Of a stretch of 46,575 bases of DNA, positions 1 through 9,882 are shown one piece after another. This DNA is from Novosphingobium sp. (GTDB taxonomy: Bacteria; Pseudomonadota; Alphaproteobacteria; Sphingomonadales; Sphingomonadaceae), in NCBI GenBank assembly GCA_013141325.1, contig JABFRE010000091.1:1-46575 (forward strand), given 5' to 3'. The notes under the pieces are model-generated. The model had not been told where the DNA came from, ran no database searches, and was given only the letters and a program-made list of their open reading frames with translations. The stretch's first letter is position 1. Every line of letters begins with the position of its first letter. A program made the translations under genes and the position numbers.

Positions 1-1571
1 GCGTCGCCGGTGCGCAGCTGGGTCAGGCTGAGGTCAGCCAGCAGGCGGGCATCACGGTTGCCGCCGCGCTGACGCAAACTTTCAAGCATGCTGCGGGCGT
101 GGGCCCAATCGCCCCCGAGCGCGGCGAAACCTGCTGACAGCCGCGCGGCCTGGCGGCTGCCTGGGTAGGCGGCGAGGTAGCCGCCGACCAGCTGTGCCGC
201 CTCGCCCCCGCGTCGGCTGCGCTCCAGCGCCTCGACCATTCGTAGCAGCACGCGATCGGGCCAGCGCACCCGCGCAGACTGGCCATAGCGCTCCAGAGCA
301 AGGCCGCTTGCGCCCTGGGCCAGAGCGGTATCGCCGCCCAGCGCATAGCCAAGCGCCAGACCCGGACGTTGCCGGATCAGTTGGGACGCGGCCGCTTCGG
401 CGGCGGCGGCATTGCCGGCCCCCAGAGCGGCGCGTGCCGCCCCGACCTGCCCGTCACCACCCGAAATCGGCACAACCGCCGCCCCCTGGAACCGGGCTGC
501 GCGATCAAGCAGAGGTGCCGCTGCCGCCCGGTCGCCCTGGTCTTCATAGGCGCGGGCCAGCAGGGTCAACAGATAGACCGAAGCATCGCCGCGCGCTGCC
601 AGCGGGCCGAACCGCGCCTTCAGCCCGTCGCTGTCCCCGCTCTCGTAGAGGGCCCTCGCCAGCAGCAGCTGCAACCGCGGATTGGCGGGCTGCGCCAGCG
701 CCAAGCGCTCAAACACCGCAGCCGCAACGTTGGCGTTGCCGGATTCAAGCTCAAGCGTACCCTGCAGCAGCATCGCCGCAGGCACGTCTTCGAGTTGCGA
801 TCCGGCCCGTGCCAGCAGGCTTCGCGCGAGATCGACCTTGCCGGCCCGCGCCGCCAGCACGGCTTGCAGGTACCAGGCCTGCGGATCCTTGGGGGCCAGA
901 TTGATCATCGTGCGCGTGACCGCCAGCATGGCCCGGGCTTGTCCCGCTTCACCCAGGGTCGCCGCATAGCCGCCCAGCAGCCCGACGTCGTTCGGTGCCA
1001 GCGCGACTGCGCGCTCATAGAGCGGAAGCGCAGCCTGCCATCCGGCAGAATCGCGCAGCAGTTCGGCGCGGAATTCCAGCGCCTGCGGATTGCCCGGCCC
1101 TGCACTCAACGCGCGGTCGGCCGCGTCAATCGCCTGAAGCTGTTCGCCCCCGACATAGCGCAGCCGCCCGATATCCACCCAGACCTCCGGATCGTTCGGG
1201 GAAAGCGTCAGGGCCCGGTCATAGGCAGCACCGGCTGCGGCAAGGTTGCCGGTCAGACGTTCGAGCCGACCGAGCATGAGCCAGCCTTGCTGCTGGTCTG
1301 CCTGGGCGAACTTACCGGGGCCGAGCCAGTCGCGCGCCCGGTCGTAGTCGGCCTGGACGATGAATGCCTCACCCATCAGCGCGGCAACATCGCTGCGCGC
1401 CGCTCCGGCGCCCAGCGCCTTTTCGAGCTCCGCCTGGGCGGCAATGCCATCGCCGCGCCCCAGCGCGGCCCGTGCGGAGGCAACGGAATCCTGCCCCGCC
1501 CCGGCCAGTCCGGAAGCCGAGCAGAGCGCCAGCACAAGCGCACCCGCCGCCAGAATGCCGCTCAACCGCAC
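1..1571 (-). CDS. Tetratricopeptide-repeat protein of the PEP-CTERM/XrtA cluster (PrsT-like); 3' end runs off the window
   Basis: Absent from the ORF track; I translated it by hand. The frame is open from GTG 1571 to the window edge: MRLSGILAAGALVLALCSASGLAGA (signal-peptide-like)...AAYDRALTLSPNDPEVWVDIGRLRY...LYERAVALAPNDVGLL (TPR-like repeats). It lies directly after prsR. The start codon is uncertain. Confidence 0.85.
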   Translation of the reverse strand, partial: MRLSGILAAGALVLALCSASGLAGAGQDSVASARAALGRGDGIAAQAELEKALGAGAARSDVAALMGEAFIVQADYDRARDWLGPGKFAQADQQQGWLMLGRLERLTGNLAAAGAAYDRALTLSPNDPEVWVDIGRLRYVGGEQLQAIDAADRALSAGPGNPQALEFRAELLRDSAGWQAALPLYERAVALAPNDVGLLGGYAATLGEAGQARAMLAVTRTMINLAPKDPQAWYLQAVLAARAGKVDLARSLLARAGSQLEDVPAAMLLQGTLELESGNANVAAAVFERLALAQPANPRLQLLLARALYESGDSDGLKARFGPLAARGDASVYLLTLLARAYEDQGDRAAAAPLLDRAARFQGAAVVPISGGDGQVGAARAALGAGNAAAAEAAASQLIRQRPGLALGYALGGDTALAQGASGLALERYGQSARVRWPDRVLLRMVEALERSRRGGEAAQLVGGYLAAYPGSRQAARLSAGFAALGGDWAHARSMLESLRQRGGNRDARLLADLSLTQLRTGD

Positions 1572-1575
1572 CGAT

Positions 1576-2940
1576 TCAGGCCTGCATGTCGTACTGCTTG
1601 AGCAGGTCGTAGAGCGTCGGCCGACTGATCCCCAACAGCTTGGCGGTGTTCGAGATGTTGCCCTCGCTGCGGGCCAGCGCGTGGCGGATCACGCGGCGGT
1701 CGGCGGCTTCGCGCGCGGTCTTGAGGTTGAGCACCTGAGCATCGTCCTCCCCGGTATCGCCCAGATCGAGATCGGCGGCGTGAACCAGCTTGGCATCGGC
1801 CATGATCACCGCGCGTTTCACCCGGTTTTCAAGCTCGCGGACGTTGCCCGGCCACTGCCAGGCGTCGATCGCGGCCAGGGCATCGGCGGAGAAGCCCTTG
1901 ACCTGCGGGTTCATCTCGCGCGCAAAGCGGCCAAGAAACGCCTTGGCGAGCAAGGCGGCATCGCCCGGCCGTTCAGCCAGACTGGGGATCTTTATGACGA
2001 TTTCGGCCAGCCGGTAGAACAGATCCTCGCGGAAGCGTCCGTCGGCGATCATCGCCTCCAGATCCTGGTGCGTGGCGCAGACAATCCGGGTATCGACCGC
2101 GATCGATTTGCGCGAACCGATCCGCTCGATCACCCGTTCCTGCAGAAAGCGCAGCAGCTTGACCTGGAGCGGCAACGGAATGTCGCCGACTTCGTCGAGG
2201 AACAGCGTGCCGCCGTGGGCCATCTCGATCTTGCCCTCGGTGGTCTTGACCGCGCCGGTGAAGGCACCCTTCTCGTGCCCGAACAGCTCGCTTTCGAGAA
2301 GGTTTTCCGGGATCGCCGCGCAGTTGATCGCCACGAAAGCGCCGTCGCGCCGGTCGCTTGCTTCGTGGAGGCCGCGCGCCAGCAGTTCCTTGCCGGTACC
2401 GCTTGCCCCCAGCAGCATCACCGAAACATTGGTGTTGGCAACCCGCTCAATCGTGCGGGCCACCCGGACCATTTCGGGCGCGCTGGTGATCATCCGGCCG
2501 AGCACGCGGTTCTCGTCACCGCTGCGTGCGGCCAGTGTGCGATTTTCGGCTTCGATCCGATGCAGTTCGAAGGCCCGGCGCACGATCAGGCCCAGCGCCT
2601 CGATATCGACCGGCTTCTGGTAGAAGTCATAGGCGCCGCCCGCGATTGCCTGCAACGCGCTTTCGCGCGCGCCGTGGCCCGAGGCGACGATGACCTTGGT
2701 ATCGGGCTTCAGCGCCATAATTGCGTTGAGCACAGCAAAACCTTCGCTGGTCCCGTCGGGATCGGGCGGAAGCCCCAGATCGAGCGTGACCACCGCCGGC
2801 TCCTCAGCGCGCAGCGCAGCTAGCGCGCTTACCCGGTCCCCGGCAATCACCACGTCGAAATCGGGATAGGCCCATTTGAGCTGGGCCTGCAGCCCGGCGT
2901 CGTCCTCGACGATCAGCAGTTTGGGTTTGGTTTGCGACAT
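1576..2940 (-). CDS. prsR: PEP-CTERM-box sigma54-dependent response regulator
   Basis: Receiver domain (LIVEDD, LDLGLPP), AAA+ domain with GASGTGKE and GAFTGA, C-terminal Fis HTH ([13 protein letters not shown]); adjacent to prsK. Confidence 0.93.
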   Translation of the reverse strand: MSQTKPKLLIVEDDAGLQAQLKWAYPDFDVVIAGDRVSALAALRAEEPAVVTLDLGLPPDPDGTSEGFAVLNAIMALKPDTKVIVASGHGARESALQAIAGGAYDFYQKPVDIEALGLIVRRAFELHRIEAENRTLAARSGDENRVLGRMITSAPEMVRVARTIERVANTNVSVMLLGASGTGKELLARGLHEASDRRDGAFVAINCAAIPENLLESELFGHEKGAFTGAVKTTEGKIEMAHGGTLFLDEVGDIPLPLQVKLLRFLQERVIERIGSRKSIAVDTRIVCATHQDLEAMIADGRFREDLFYRLAEIVIKIPSLAERPGDAALLAKAFLGRFAREMNPQVKGFSADALAAIDAWQWPGNVRELENRVKRAVIMADAKLVHAADLDLGDTGEDDAQVLNLKTAREAADRRVIRHALARSEGNISNTAKLLGISRPTLYDLLKQYDMQA

Positions 2941-5058
2941 TCAGGCGACCTTTGTGTCAGAATTTTCAAACGTCCGTATCAATTGCGCCGCCTCTGCCAG
3001 GGGCAGGCGGATGGTGAAGCGCGAACCGGTGTCTTCGCGGCTTTCGACATCGAGCCGCCCGCGCATCGCCCGGACCAGTTCGCGCGCTTCGTAGGCGCCG
3101 ATCCCGAACCCGCCCGACTTGGTCGAAACGAACGGCCGGAACAGGCGGCTGCGGATGAATTCGGCGCTCATTCCCGTGCCGCCGTCGGTCACCTCGATCA
3201 CCCCGGCGAGGCCGTCGGTATCGACGCGCACGAACACCGGACTTTGCGGCGTGCTGGCGTCGATCGCGTTCTGGATCAGGTGAAGCAGCACCTGCTCCAG
3301 CGATTCGCGGTCCGCCAGAACTTCGCAGCGCTCGGCCTCGACCAGACTGACCGGGTGGCGATCGCGGAACTGCTCCACCACCGCGCGGGCGACCTCGTCG
3401 GCGCGGACCGGAGCCAGGCGGTCGACCGCAGTCGGACCATAGCGCGACAGGCGGTTGAGCAGCGTGTTGAGCTTGTCCGCCGAATTGCGCAGGGTTACCA
3501 GCATGTCAGCCCGGAATTCCGGGTTCTCGGAGTGCAGCTCGGCATTGCGGGCAAGGAGGCTGAGCTGGCTGGCGAGGTTCTTGATGTCGTGCATCACGAA
3601 GGCAATCCGGCGGTGGAAGTCGTCAAACCGGGCCGCCTCGGCCAGCGCTTGCTGCCCGGTGTTTTCGGCCAGGTACGAGGCCAGCTGCCGCCCGGCTACC
3701 CGCAGCAGATCGAAGTCCTCCCAATCGAGCCGCCGCGCATAAGCCGGCCGCGCCAGCACTACCATGCCGACCAACCGGTCGAAATGCAGCAGCGGCACGA
3801 TCGCCCAGGCCCGCGGATCGGACAGCAGCCAGCCGGGGATCCCGGGTGCCTCCGCGGTCTTCGCAGGGTCGCTGCGCAGGGCATCAAGGTCGGCGACAAA
3901 ACCGGTACGCTCAAAGGCGCGAACGATTGCTGCAGGAACGGCATCGGTGGGAACGTCCGCAGTCGGCCACTGCCAGCACGCGGCCAGCTCGAGCCCGCTG
4001 TCCTCGCCCGGCACCAGCAGCAGCCCCGCCGGGCTTTCGGTGATGTCGGCCAAGGCGCGGATCGCGCGCTCTTCCAGCGGAAGCGCCTCGGATCCGGCCT
4101 GGCCTATCGTCCGGGTAAAGCGCAGCCATTCGGCGCGGTAGTCGAACCGGTGCTTGAACAGATGCTTGGCCAGCGTCACCCGCAGCCACCCGCGCATCCG
4201 CCGCGACGGGAGGAACGCCAGCGCCGCAAGCCCGGCAAGCGCAACAAATCCGGCCTGCAACTGCGCGGCAAGATCGCCCCCGGCAAAGGCGATCCATTGG
4301 GCAATGGCAACCATGCCGACCAGGTAGCCACCGATAAGCAGCAACGACAGCGACTGGAAAGCCACCGCGTGCGAGGGACGAAAACGCAGCTGCTCGCTGC
4401 CGCGCCGCGCACCGAATGCGACCAGCCCGGCCGCAGCCAAAGCGACGATGCCGCGCAGTCCGGCGAGCACCGACGGGCTGTCTCCCGACAGTGCGGCAAT
4501 CAGGTAGTAGTTGAGGTCAAATCCCCAGAGAGCCGCCAGCGCCAGCGCCGGCCAGCGCAGCACCAGCCGCGTCTGCGGCGCCGCCGCTCCATAGAGGTTG
4601 TGGACCAGCACCAGCCCGCCGATTGCGACCAGCAGGCGTAGCATGACAAAACTGTGGAAGCTCACTGCAGCATCGGCGCCGATCTCGGAATAACCGGTCA
4701 GCAGGGCCAGCGCCGCGCCGTGCAGCAGCTCGACGAAGGCCACCGCGATCAGCATCGGACGCACCGGGCGCATCGACGCGTGGCGGCCATCGACCATGAA
4801 CAGGCGGTAGAGTGCGAAGACCCAGCTCAAATTGCGGGCGGATTCGAACAGGCCGGTCGGCACCGCGATCGGACCGGCAAGCGCAGCGCTCACCGCCCAG
4901 CCGGTACTGGCTGCCAGCGCGGCTATCAGCGCGGTGTGGGCGCTGCCATAGCGACCGCGCCGCATTACCAGCCAGACTGCCGCCAGCGCGCAGCCCAGCG
5001 CCCCGGATTCCCATGCCAGCACCGATATCGCCGACCACAGGCTCAGCACGCCGCCCAT
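2941..5058 (-). CDS. prsK: PEP-CTERM system sensor histidine kinase
   Basis: Multi-TM N-terminus, GAF-like middle region, H-box FVMHDIKN, N-box HLIQNAIDA, G-boxes DGGTGM and GFGIGAYE; sits between the sugar transferase and prsR. Confidence 0.92.
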   Translation of the reverse strand: MGGVLSLWSAISVLAWESGALGCALAAVWLVMRRGRYGSAHTALIAALAASTGWAVSAALAGPIAVPTGLFESARNLSWVFALYRLFMVDGRHASMRPVRPMLIAVAFVELLHGAALALLTGYSEIGADAAVSFHSFVMLRLLVAIGGLVLVHNLYGAAAPQTRLVLRWPALALAALWGFDLNYYLIAALSGDSPSVLAGLRGIVALAAAGLVAFGARRGSEQLRFRPSHAVAFQSLSLLLIGGYLVGMVAIAQWIAFAGGDLAAQLQAGFVALAGLAALAFLPSRRMRGWLRVTLAKHLFKHRFDYRAEWLRFTRTIGQAGSEALPLEERAIRALADITESPAGLLLVPGEDSGLELAACWQWPTADVPTDAVPAAIVRAFERTGFVADLDALRSDPAKTAEAPGIPGWLLSDPRAWAIVPLLHFDRLVGMVVLARPAYARRLDWEDFDLLRVAGRQLASYLAENTGQQALAEAARFDDFHRRIAFVMHDIKNLASQLSLLARNAELHSENPEFRADMLVTLRNSADKLNTLLNRLSRYGPTAVDRLAPVRADEVARAVVEQFRDRHPVSLVEAERCEVLADRESLEQVLLHLIQNAIDASTPQSPVFVRVDTDGLAGVIEVTDGGTGMSAEFIRSRLFRPFVSTKSGGFGIGAYEARELVRAMRGRLDVESREDTGSRFTIRLPLAEAAQLIRTFENSDTKVA

Positions 5059-5059
5059 C

Positions 5060-6445
5060 TCAGCGCGCTCCTTCGTGCCACAGCACCACGCGCAGGGTCT
5101 GCAGAAGGATCAGCAGATCGAGGAACGGGGTGTAATTCTTGGCGTAGTAGAGATCGTATTCGAGCTTGTGCCGCGAATCCTCGGTCGAGGCGCCGTAAGG
5201 GTAGTTGATCTGGGCCCAGCCGGTGATCCCCGGTTTCACCATGTGGCGCTCGGCATAATAGGGCAGCTGCTGTTCAAGTTCGGAGACGAATTCAGGACGC
5301 TCCGGGCGCGGGCCGACAAAGCTCATTTCGCCCTTGAGCACCGACCAGGTCTGCGGCAGTTCATCGATCCGGGTCTTGCGCAGAAAGCGGCCGAGCCGGG
5401 TAACGCGGGGATCGTCCTTCTGCGCCCACTGTGCCCCGTCGACCTCGGCATCGGTGCGCATCGAGCGAAGCTTGATGACATCGAAGCCCTCGCCGTAAAG
5501 GCCGACCCGGCGCTGGCGGAAAAAGGCCGGGCCCTTGCTGTCGACCGTCACCAGCACCGCAAACAGCAGGATCACCGGCGCGCTCAACGCCAGCAGCAAC
5601 GAACTGGCGACGATGTCGAACACCCGCTTGGCCGCACCGGAAATGGCCCGCCCCGACGAGAATCCGTCGGAAAAGATCAGCCAGCTGGGATTGACTGTGT
5701 CGAGATCGACCCGCCCGGTCTCGCGCTCCAGAAAGCTGGAGAAGTCGTTGACGTGGACCCCGGTCGTCTTGATCCTCAGCAGATCGCTCAGCGGCAAGGC
5801 GTTACGCCGCTCTTCGAGAGCAAGCACCACCTCGGTGACCCCAAGATTTTCGACGTGGAGGGTCAAGTTGTCGATTGCACCGCGGTTGATCGCTTGGGCT
5901 ATCACTGGCTTGGCATCGGTCATTGCGACATAGCCCACGATCACGAACCCGCTTTCGGCCCGTACCGAGAGTTCGCGCAATCGATTGGCGCGATTGCCGG
6001 CTCCCAACACCAGCACCCGGCGGCGAAAGGCCGAAGCGCCCAGAATCCCGCCGACAACCAGCCGGTTGAGCATCAGCAGCGCGATCGCGAGGATCATCGA
6101 ATAGGCCAGGGTCGAGCGCCAGAAGGTCTGGCTGCCGAACAGGAAGTTCAGGAAGGTCAAGGCGATGATGCCCAGCGCCACCGCCACCATCAGGCGGGCG
6201 CCGGCATAGCGCATCGAGCGCAGGGCCTCGGCGCCGTAAACCCCCACCGCGATCATCGCGACCTGGACCGTCACCGCAAAGCCCAGCATCGGCCAGACCC
6301 GGTCGGTCAGCGACCCCAGATCCATACCGATCTGCGCCGCGCGCAGCCGCCAGGCGAATTCACCCGCGAAAAACAGCAAGGCGAGATCGAACAGCCCCAG
6401 CAGGAGCACAGCATGCGGTACGTAGTGTTTGAACAGGCGGATCAT
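5060..6445 (-). CDS. XrtA/PEP-CTERM system priming glycosyltransferase (TIGR03013-type sugar transferase)
   Basis: MIRLFKHY start; C-terminal bacterial sugar transferase motifs [42 protein letters not shown]. Confidence 0.93.
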   Translation of the reverse strand: MIRLFKHYVPHAVLLLGLFDLALLFFAGEFAWRLRAAQIGMDLGSLTDRVWPMLGFAVTVQVAMIAVGVYGAEALRSMRYAGARLMVAVALGIIALTFLNFLFGSQTFWRSTLAYSMILAIALLMLNRLVVGGILGASAFRRRVLVLGAGNRANRLRELSVRAESGFVIVGYVAMTDAKPVIAQAINRGAIDNLTLHVENLGVTEVVLALEERRNALPLSDLLRIKTTGVHVNDFSSFLERETGRVDLDTVNPSWLIFSDGFSSGRAISGAAKRVFDIVASSLLLALSAPVILLFAVLVTVDSKGPAFFRQRRVGLYGEGFDVIKLRSMRTDAEVDGAQWAQKDDPRVTRLGRFLRKTRIDELPQTWSVLKGEMSFVGPRPERPEFVSELEQQLPYYAERHMVKPGITGWAQINYPYGASTEDSRHKLEYDLYYAKNYTPFLDLLILLQTLRVVLWHEGAR

Positions 6446-6503
6446 GATCCCCCGAAGGCCTTCCTTGCTGTCGCTATGCCGGGCCTAGCGGCGAGAGGTG
6501 AAA

Positions 6504-6520
6504 TGTCGGTAAATTTTACA
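6504..6520. promoter_or_regulatory. TGT-N11-ACA element, candidate PEP-CTERM box (PrsR site)
   Basis: TGTCGGTAAATTTTACA lies in the divergent intergenic region upstream of the sugar transferase-prsKR operon. Confidence 0.4.
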
Positions 6521-6624
6521 GCCCATGGTTAACGGAAAACCGCGCCGCGCTGCAGGCACGGCAAGACTTCGCTAACCATAGGTCGCAGCCGGGCAATTAA
6601 CCTTCGCAGGCTATCACCCGCGCC

Positions 6625-7125
6625 ATGCGCCGCCGTGCCCCCACCACTCCGCTTTCACCACAGGCGATCAAGCAGATCGCGCTGATCACTGCCATCCTGA
6701 CCGGAGTGCTGGCGATGTTCGTCACCGGCGAGCAGGCCGAAATCGAGGCGGCGTTTCAGGCCCGCGAGGCGAAGAACCGGCTTGCCCGGTTCGAGGCCGA
6801 AAAGCTCGGCGCGCACAAGATCGGGACCGCGTTGAAGGCCGAGAGCCGCGCGCAGACCGGCGTCGGATTTGAAAAGCTGAACGATTCCGGGCCGGCAGTC
6901 TCCAATCCTGCCCCTGCGGTCCCGTCGGATTCGCGCGCAGCTGACCGGCGACCGGGATTTCTGCGCGACAACGCCGGATTGGCTGGGCCTCCGCCAGCCC
7001 AGCTGCCCAAGAGCGTCAAGTCGGCGAAGCCCCGGCGCCCGCGATCCGGCGCCGAGGAAACCGCTACGCTGAAAGCAAGCGCCGCGCTGCGCTCAGGCAG
7101 GCAACCCAGCGACGTGCAGGACTAA
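6625..7125 (+). CDS. Hypothetical protein with one N-terminal TM segment and a Pro/Ala/Ser-rich tail
   Basis: The 166-aa ORF fills the gap between two operons and has a hydrophobic segment IALITAILTGVLAMFV. Confidence 0.7.
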   Translation: MRRRAPTTPLSPQAIKQIALITAILTGVLAMFVTGEQAEIEAAFQAREAKNRLARFEAEKLGAHKIGTALKAESRAQTGVGFEKLNDSGPAVSNPAPAVPSDSRAADRRPGFLRDNAGLAGPPPAQLPKSVKSAKPRRPRSGAEETATLKASAALRSGRQPSDVQD

Positions 7126-7139
7126 GGACAGGACCCCAG

Positions 7140-7736
7140 TCAGAGACAGTCGCGTGCCAGGCAGGCCCGCGCCTCGGCGCCGATGAGTGCGGCATGGCCG
7201 TAGTTCGGGTGATCGATAGCGAACATCGCGGGGCCAATCCCCGATTTCCAAGCGGCAACTGCCTCTGGCGGGAAGTCGAAATGGAAGAAATGGACGGCGC
7301 TGGCCTTGTTGTCGCTTTCGCGGGTGCGGGCGATATCGGCTTCGGGGCGGGCGCGGATCAGGTGCTCCCCCACCCCGATCGCGACGTGATTTTCTATCCC
7401 GCCAATTGTCCGCAGGAAGGCATCGCGCCGCTCCGCATCGGCCACTTCGAACAGCAAGGTGCAGGTCAGCTCGCTTCCCTTGGGCACCATTGGATCGTAG
7501 GCCGCCAGCTCATCGGCGATTTGCGCGTCCCCGCCCTTTTCGATCCGCAGCATTTCGTGGACCTGGAGCCACATCGAGTCCCACGTCTCGAACAGCGCCG
7601 TGGCAGCGGGCCCTACCGACAGGCGAGTGTACCGCTTGCGATCCAGGGCTTCCTGCTTCTTGTCGGCGCGGATCAGTTCGTACTGATCGAGCGGCAGGAT
7701 ATCGGCGCGGGTGATAGAGCGGCTGTCACGGGGCAT
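7140..7736 (-). CDS. DUF3501 family protein
   Basis: Motifs QVHEMLRIEK, ELAAYDPMVP, KASAVHF, IDHPNY; third gene of the rubrerythrin operon. Confidence 0.88.
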   Translation of the reverse strand: MPRDSRSITRADILPLDQYELIRADKKQEALDRKRYTRLSVGPAATALFETWDSMWLQVHEMLRIEKGGDAQIADELAAYDPMVPKGSELTCTLLFEVADAERRDAFLRTIGGIENHVAIGVGEHLIRARPEADIARTRESDNKASAVHFFHFDFPPEAVAAWKSGIGPAMFAIDHPNYGHAALIGAEARACLARDCL

Positions 7737-7741
7737 AGCGA

Positions 7742-9067
7742 TTACAACCCATAGGCCTTGGCCAGCACCTCGATCGGGTGACCGATCCGCGCCGGGGCTT
7801 CACCGCCCGAGCTGGCGATAACCTGTTTGAGGTGCGGTCCGGCGAGCGGGCATTCCGAAACGATCAGATCGGGCTGATCCTTGGTCAGGTTGCGCGCGGC
7901 GGGGCGGCCAACCTTTACCGCTCGGTCGAAATTCTGCTTGAATATCCCCCACTTGCCGCCGTGTCCCGAGCAGCGCTCGGTCAAGGCCGGCTTGGCTTCG
8001 GGAATCAGCCGCAGCATTTCCATCGCCTTGGGCCCCATGTTCTGGGCACGGGCGTGGCAGGCAAAGTGGACCGCGATCGATTTGGTCATTGGTGCGATCG
8101 GCACCAGACCAGTCTGCTTGGACAGCGCGACGACATATTCCGACACGTCAAAGGTATGTTCGCTCAACCGTTTGACCGCAGCGTTGTCCGGCGCGATCAG
8201 GGGCCATTCGAATTTTAGCATCAGCGCGCAGCTCGTGGTTAGCGGCACCACGTCCCAACCCGCTTCCACCAACGGCGCGAAGAAGGCGGAAATCCGCTCG
8301 GCAGCGCTGGCAACGCCGGGCAAGTCGCCGTTTTCGAACTTGGGCATACCGCAGCAATCAGGATGCTCGATCCGGACTTGCACCCCATTGTGGGCCAGCA
8401 CCTTGATCAGAGCGAGACCGGGAGTGTCATCGTTGAAATTGTCATGGCAGCCGGCATAGACCACCGCACGCCTGCCGAACGCCGGCCCATCGGGATTGGG
8501 TGGCTGCACCATACCTGCGGCCCGGTTGACCAGCGGAGTCTCAAGGAACGGCGGCAAGTGTGCCCGGCGATCGATCCCGGCCACCGCCTCGATCGCCGGA
8601 CGGGTCAGGCTGTTGCCTTCCCGGGTCGCCCAGTTGGCCAGCCCCGCCGCCACCGAGCCAAGCCGGCCGTTGCGGTCCATTTCGGCCAGCTGGGTATCGA
8701 TGAACGGCGTTTGCCCCTTGCGGTTTTCGACTGCCCGGGACCGCAGCATCAGGTGGGGAAAATCCAGATCGAAGCTGTGCGGAGGCACATAGGGGCACTT
8801 CGTCATAAAGCACATGTCGCACAGGGTGCAGGCATCGACGACCGCCTTGAGCTGGCCCGCGCTCAGGTCATCGACCGCCTCGTTGGGACTTTCGTCGATC
8901 GCATCGAACAGGATCGGGAAACTGTCGCACAGGTTGAAGCAGCGGCGGCAGCCGTGGCAGATATCGTAGACCCGGCGCAGCTCTGTCTCGAGCGCGGCCG
9001 CGTCGTACCAGCTTTCATCCTGCCACGGGATCACATGGCGCGTCGGCGCGCCGAGACTGCCTTCCAT
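7742..9067 (-). CDS. Rubrerythrin-associated Fe-S oxidoreductase (GlpC/HdrD-like, CCG domains)
   Basis: [11 protein letters not shown] and [13 protein letters not shown] 4Fe-4S motifs; CCGMP and CSGHGG CCG-domain motifs. Confidence 0.9.
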   Translation of the reverse strand: MEGSLGAPTRHVIPWQDESWYDAAALETELRRVYDICHGCRRCFNLCDSFPILFDAIDESPNEAVDDLSAGQLKAVVDACTLCDMCFMTKCPYVPPHSFDLDFPHLMLRSRAVENRKGQTPFIDTQLAEMDRNGRLGSVAAGLANWATREGNSLTRPAIEAVAGIDRRAHLPPFLETPLVNRAAGMVQPPNPDGPAFGRRAVVYAGCHDNFNDDTPGLALIKVLAHNGVQVRIEHPDCCGMPKFENGDLPGVASAAERISAFFAPLVEAGWDVVPLTTSCALMLKFEWPLIAPDNAAVKRLSEHTFDVSEYVVALSKQTGLVPIAPMTKSIAVHFACHARAQNMGPKAMEMLRLIPEAKPALTERCSGHGGKWGIFKQNFDRAVKVGRPAARNLTKDQPDLIVSECPLAGPHLKQVIASSGGEAPARIGHPIEVLAKAYGL

Positions 9068-9102
9068 CGCTGTCCTCTGGGTTGATGCTGTGCAAATGGG
9101 GT

Positions 9103-9175
9103 GCGAAGCAGTCCGGAGAGGTCGCCGTCCCCGGACTGCTTCGCGGTGCGCCCTCGCCCCGAATGGCGAGGGTGC
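9103..9175. repeat. Intergenic double hairpin (degenerate REP-like element)
   Basis: Perfect 14-bp stem GCGAAGCAGTCCGG (9103-9116) / CCGGACTGCTTCGC (9131-9144), plus an 11-bp stem at 9148-9158 / 9165-9175. Confidence 0.6.
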
Positions 9176-9181
9176 GGGGGG

Positions 9182-9607
9182 TTACGCGTCGGCCAGCAGA
9201 CCGTCGAGGGTCTTCTGGAACTTGCCGGCGTGGCTCTTTTCCGCCTTGGCCAGGGTTTCAAACCAATCGGCGATTTCGTCGAAACCTTCATCGCGGGCGG
9301 TCTTGGCCATACCCGGGTACATGTCGGTATATTCGTGGGTTTCGCCGGCGATCGAGGCCTTGAGGTTAAGCACGGTGTCGCCGATCGGCTCACCGGTGGC
9401 GGGATCGCCGCATTCCTCGAGGTATTCGAGATGGCCGTGGGCATGGCCGGTTTCGCCTTCGGCGGTCGAACGGAACACCGAGGCCACGTCGTTGTGCCCT
9501 TCGATGTCAGCCTTCTGGGCGAAGTAGAGATAGCGGCGGTTGGCCTGGCTTTCGCCGGCAAAGGCGGCCTTGAGGTTTTCTTCGGTTTTCGAACCCTTGA
9601 GTCCCAT
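9182..9607 (-). CDS. rbr: Rubrerythrin, short aerobic type lacking the rubredoxin domain
   Basis: [45 protein letters not shown] di-iron motifs; no C-terminal CxxC pairs. Confidence 0.93.
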   Translation of the reverse strand: MGLKGSKTEENLKAAFAGESQANRRYLYFAQKADIEGHNDVASVFRSTAEGETGHAHGHLEYLEECGDPATGEPIGDTVLNLKASIAGETHEYTDMYPGMAKTARDEGFDEIADWFETLAKAEKSHAGKFQKTLDGLLADA

Positions 9608-9748
9608 GATCGCTCTCCAGATAGAATGGAATCAGACCATCCTTGAATGCGCCCGCGCGACGCTCAAGGGAACGCGGATTTTCCGCGCGAGATGATCGGG
9701 AAAAGCGATCAATCTTCTGCGAATAGTTCGCAAAAGTGATAATGCGGG

Positions 9749-9832
9749 TGGTGCCCCTGGCCCGACTCGAACGGGCACGTCTTGCGACAAACGATTTTGA
9801 GTCGTTCGCGTCTACCATTCCGCCACAGGGGC
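9749..9832 (-). tRNA. tRNA-Leu(CAA)
   Basis: GCCCCTG acceptor stem, anticodon arm AACGA-CTCAAAA-TCGTT, long variable arm, GTTCGAG T-loop, encoded CCA. Confidence 0.96.
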
Positions 9833-9845
9833 ACTCGCACCGGCG

Positions 9846-9874
9846 CGCTTAGCCGGGCCGGCCCCAGGGTTCAA
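9846..9874 (-). promoter_or_regulatory. sigma70-type promoter of tRNA-Leu
   Basis: TTGAAC-N17-TAAGCG followed by a GC-rich discriminator. Confidence 0.55.
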
Positions 9875-9882
9875 GCACTCGA

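Noticed and set aside
194-1601. Plus-strand ORFs 194..904 and 369..1601
   Set aside because: They are antisense shadows of the real minus-strand TPR gene, which the ORF track omits.
6466-6481. Minus-strand GG-N10-GC (CGGCATAGCGACAGCA) as the sigma54 promoter of the sugar transferase
   Set aside because: It lacks the TT before GC and lies only about 22 bp from the putative enhancer, so it is too weak to call.
9608-9650. Possible Irr/ICE or Fur box upstream of rbr (ATTCCATTCTATC)
   Set aside because: Only a half-site match to TTTAGAA-N3-TTCTAAA.
6625-9832. Integrative island at tRNA-Leu (likewise at tRNA-Asp, Pro and Asn)
   Set aside because: No duplicated tRNA 3' end, integrase or obvious compositional shift was seen.
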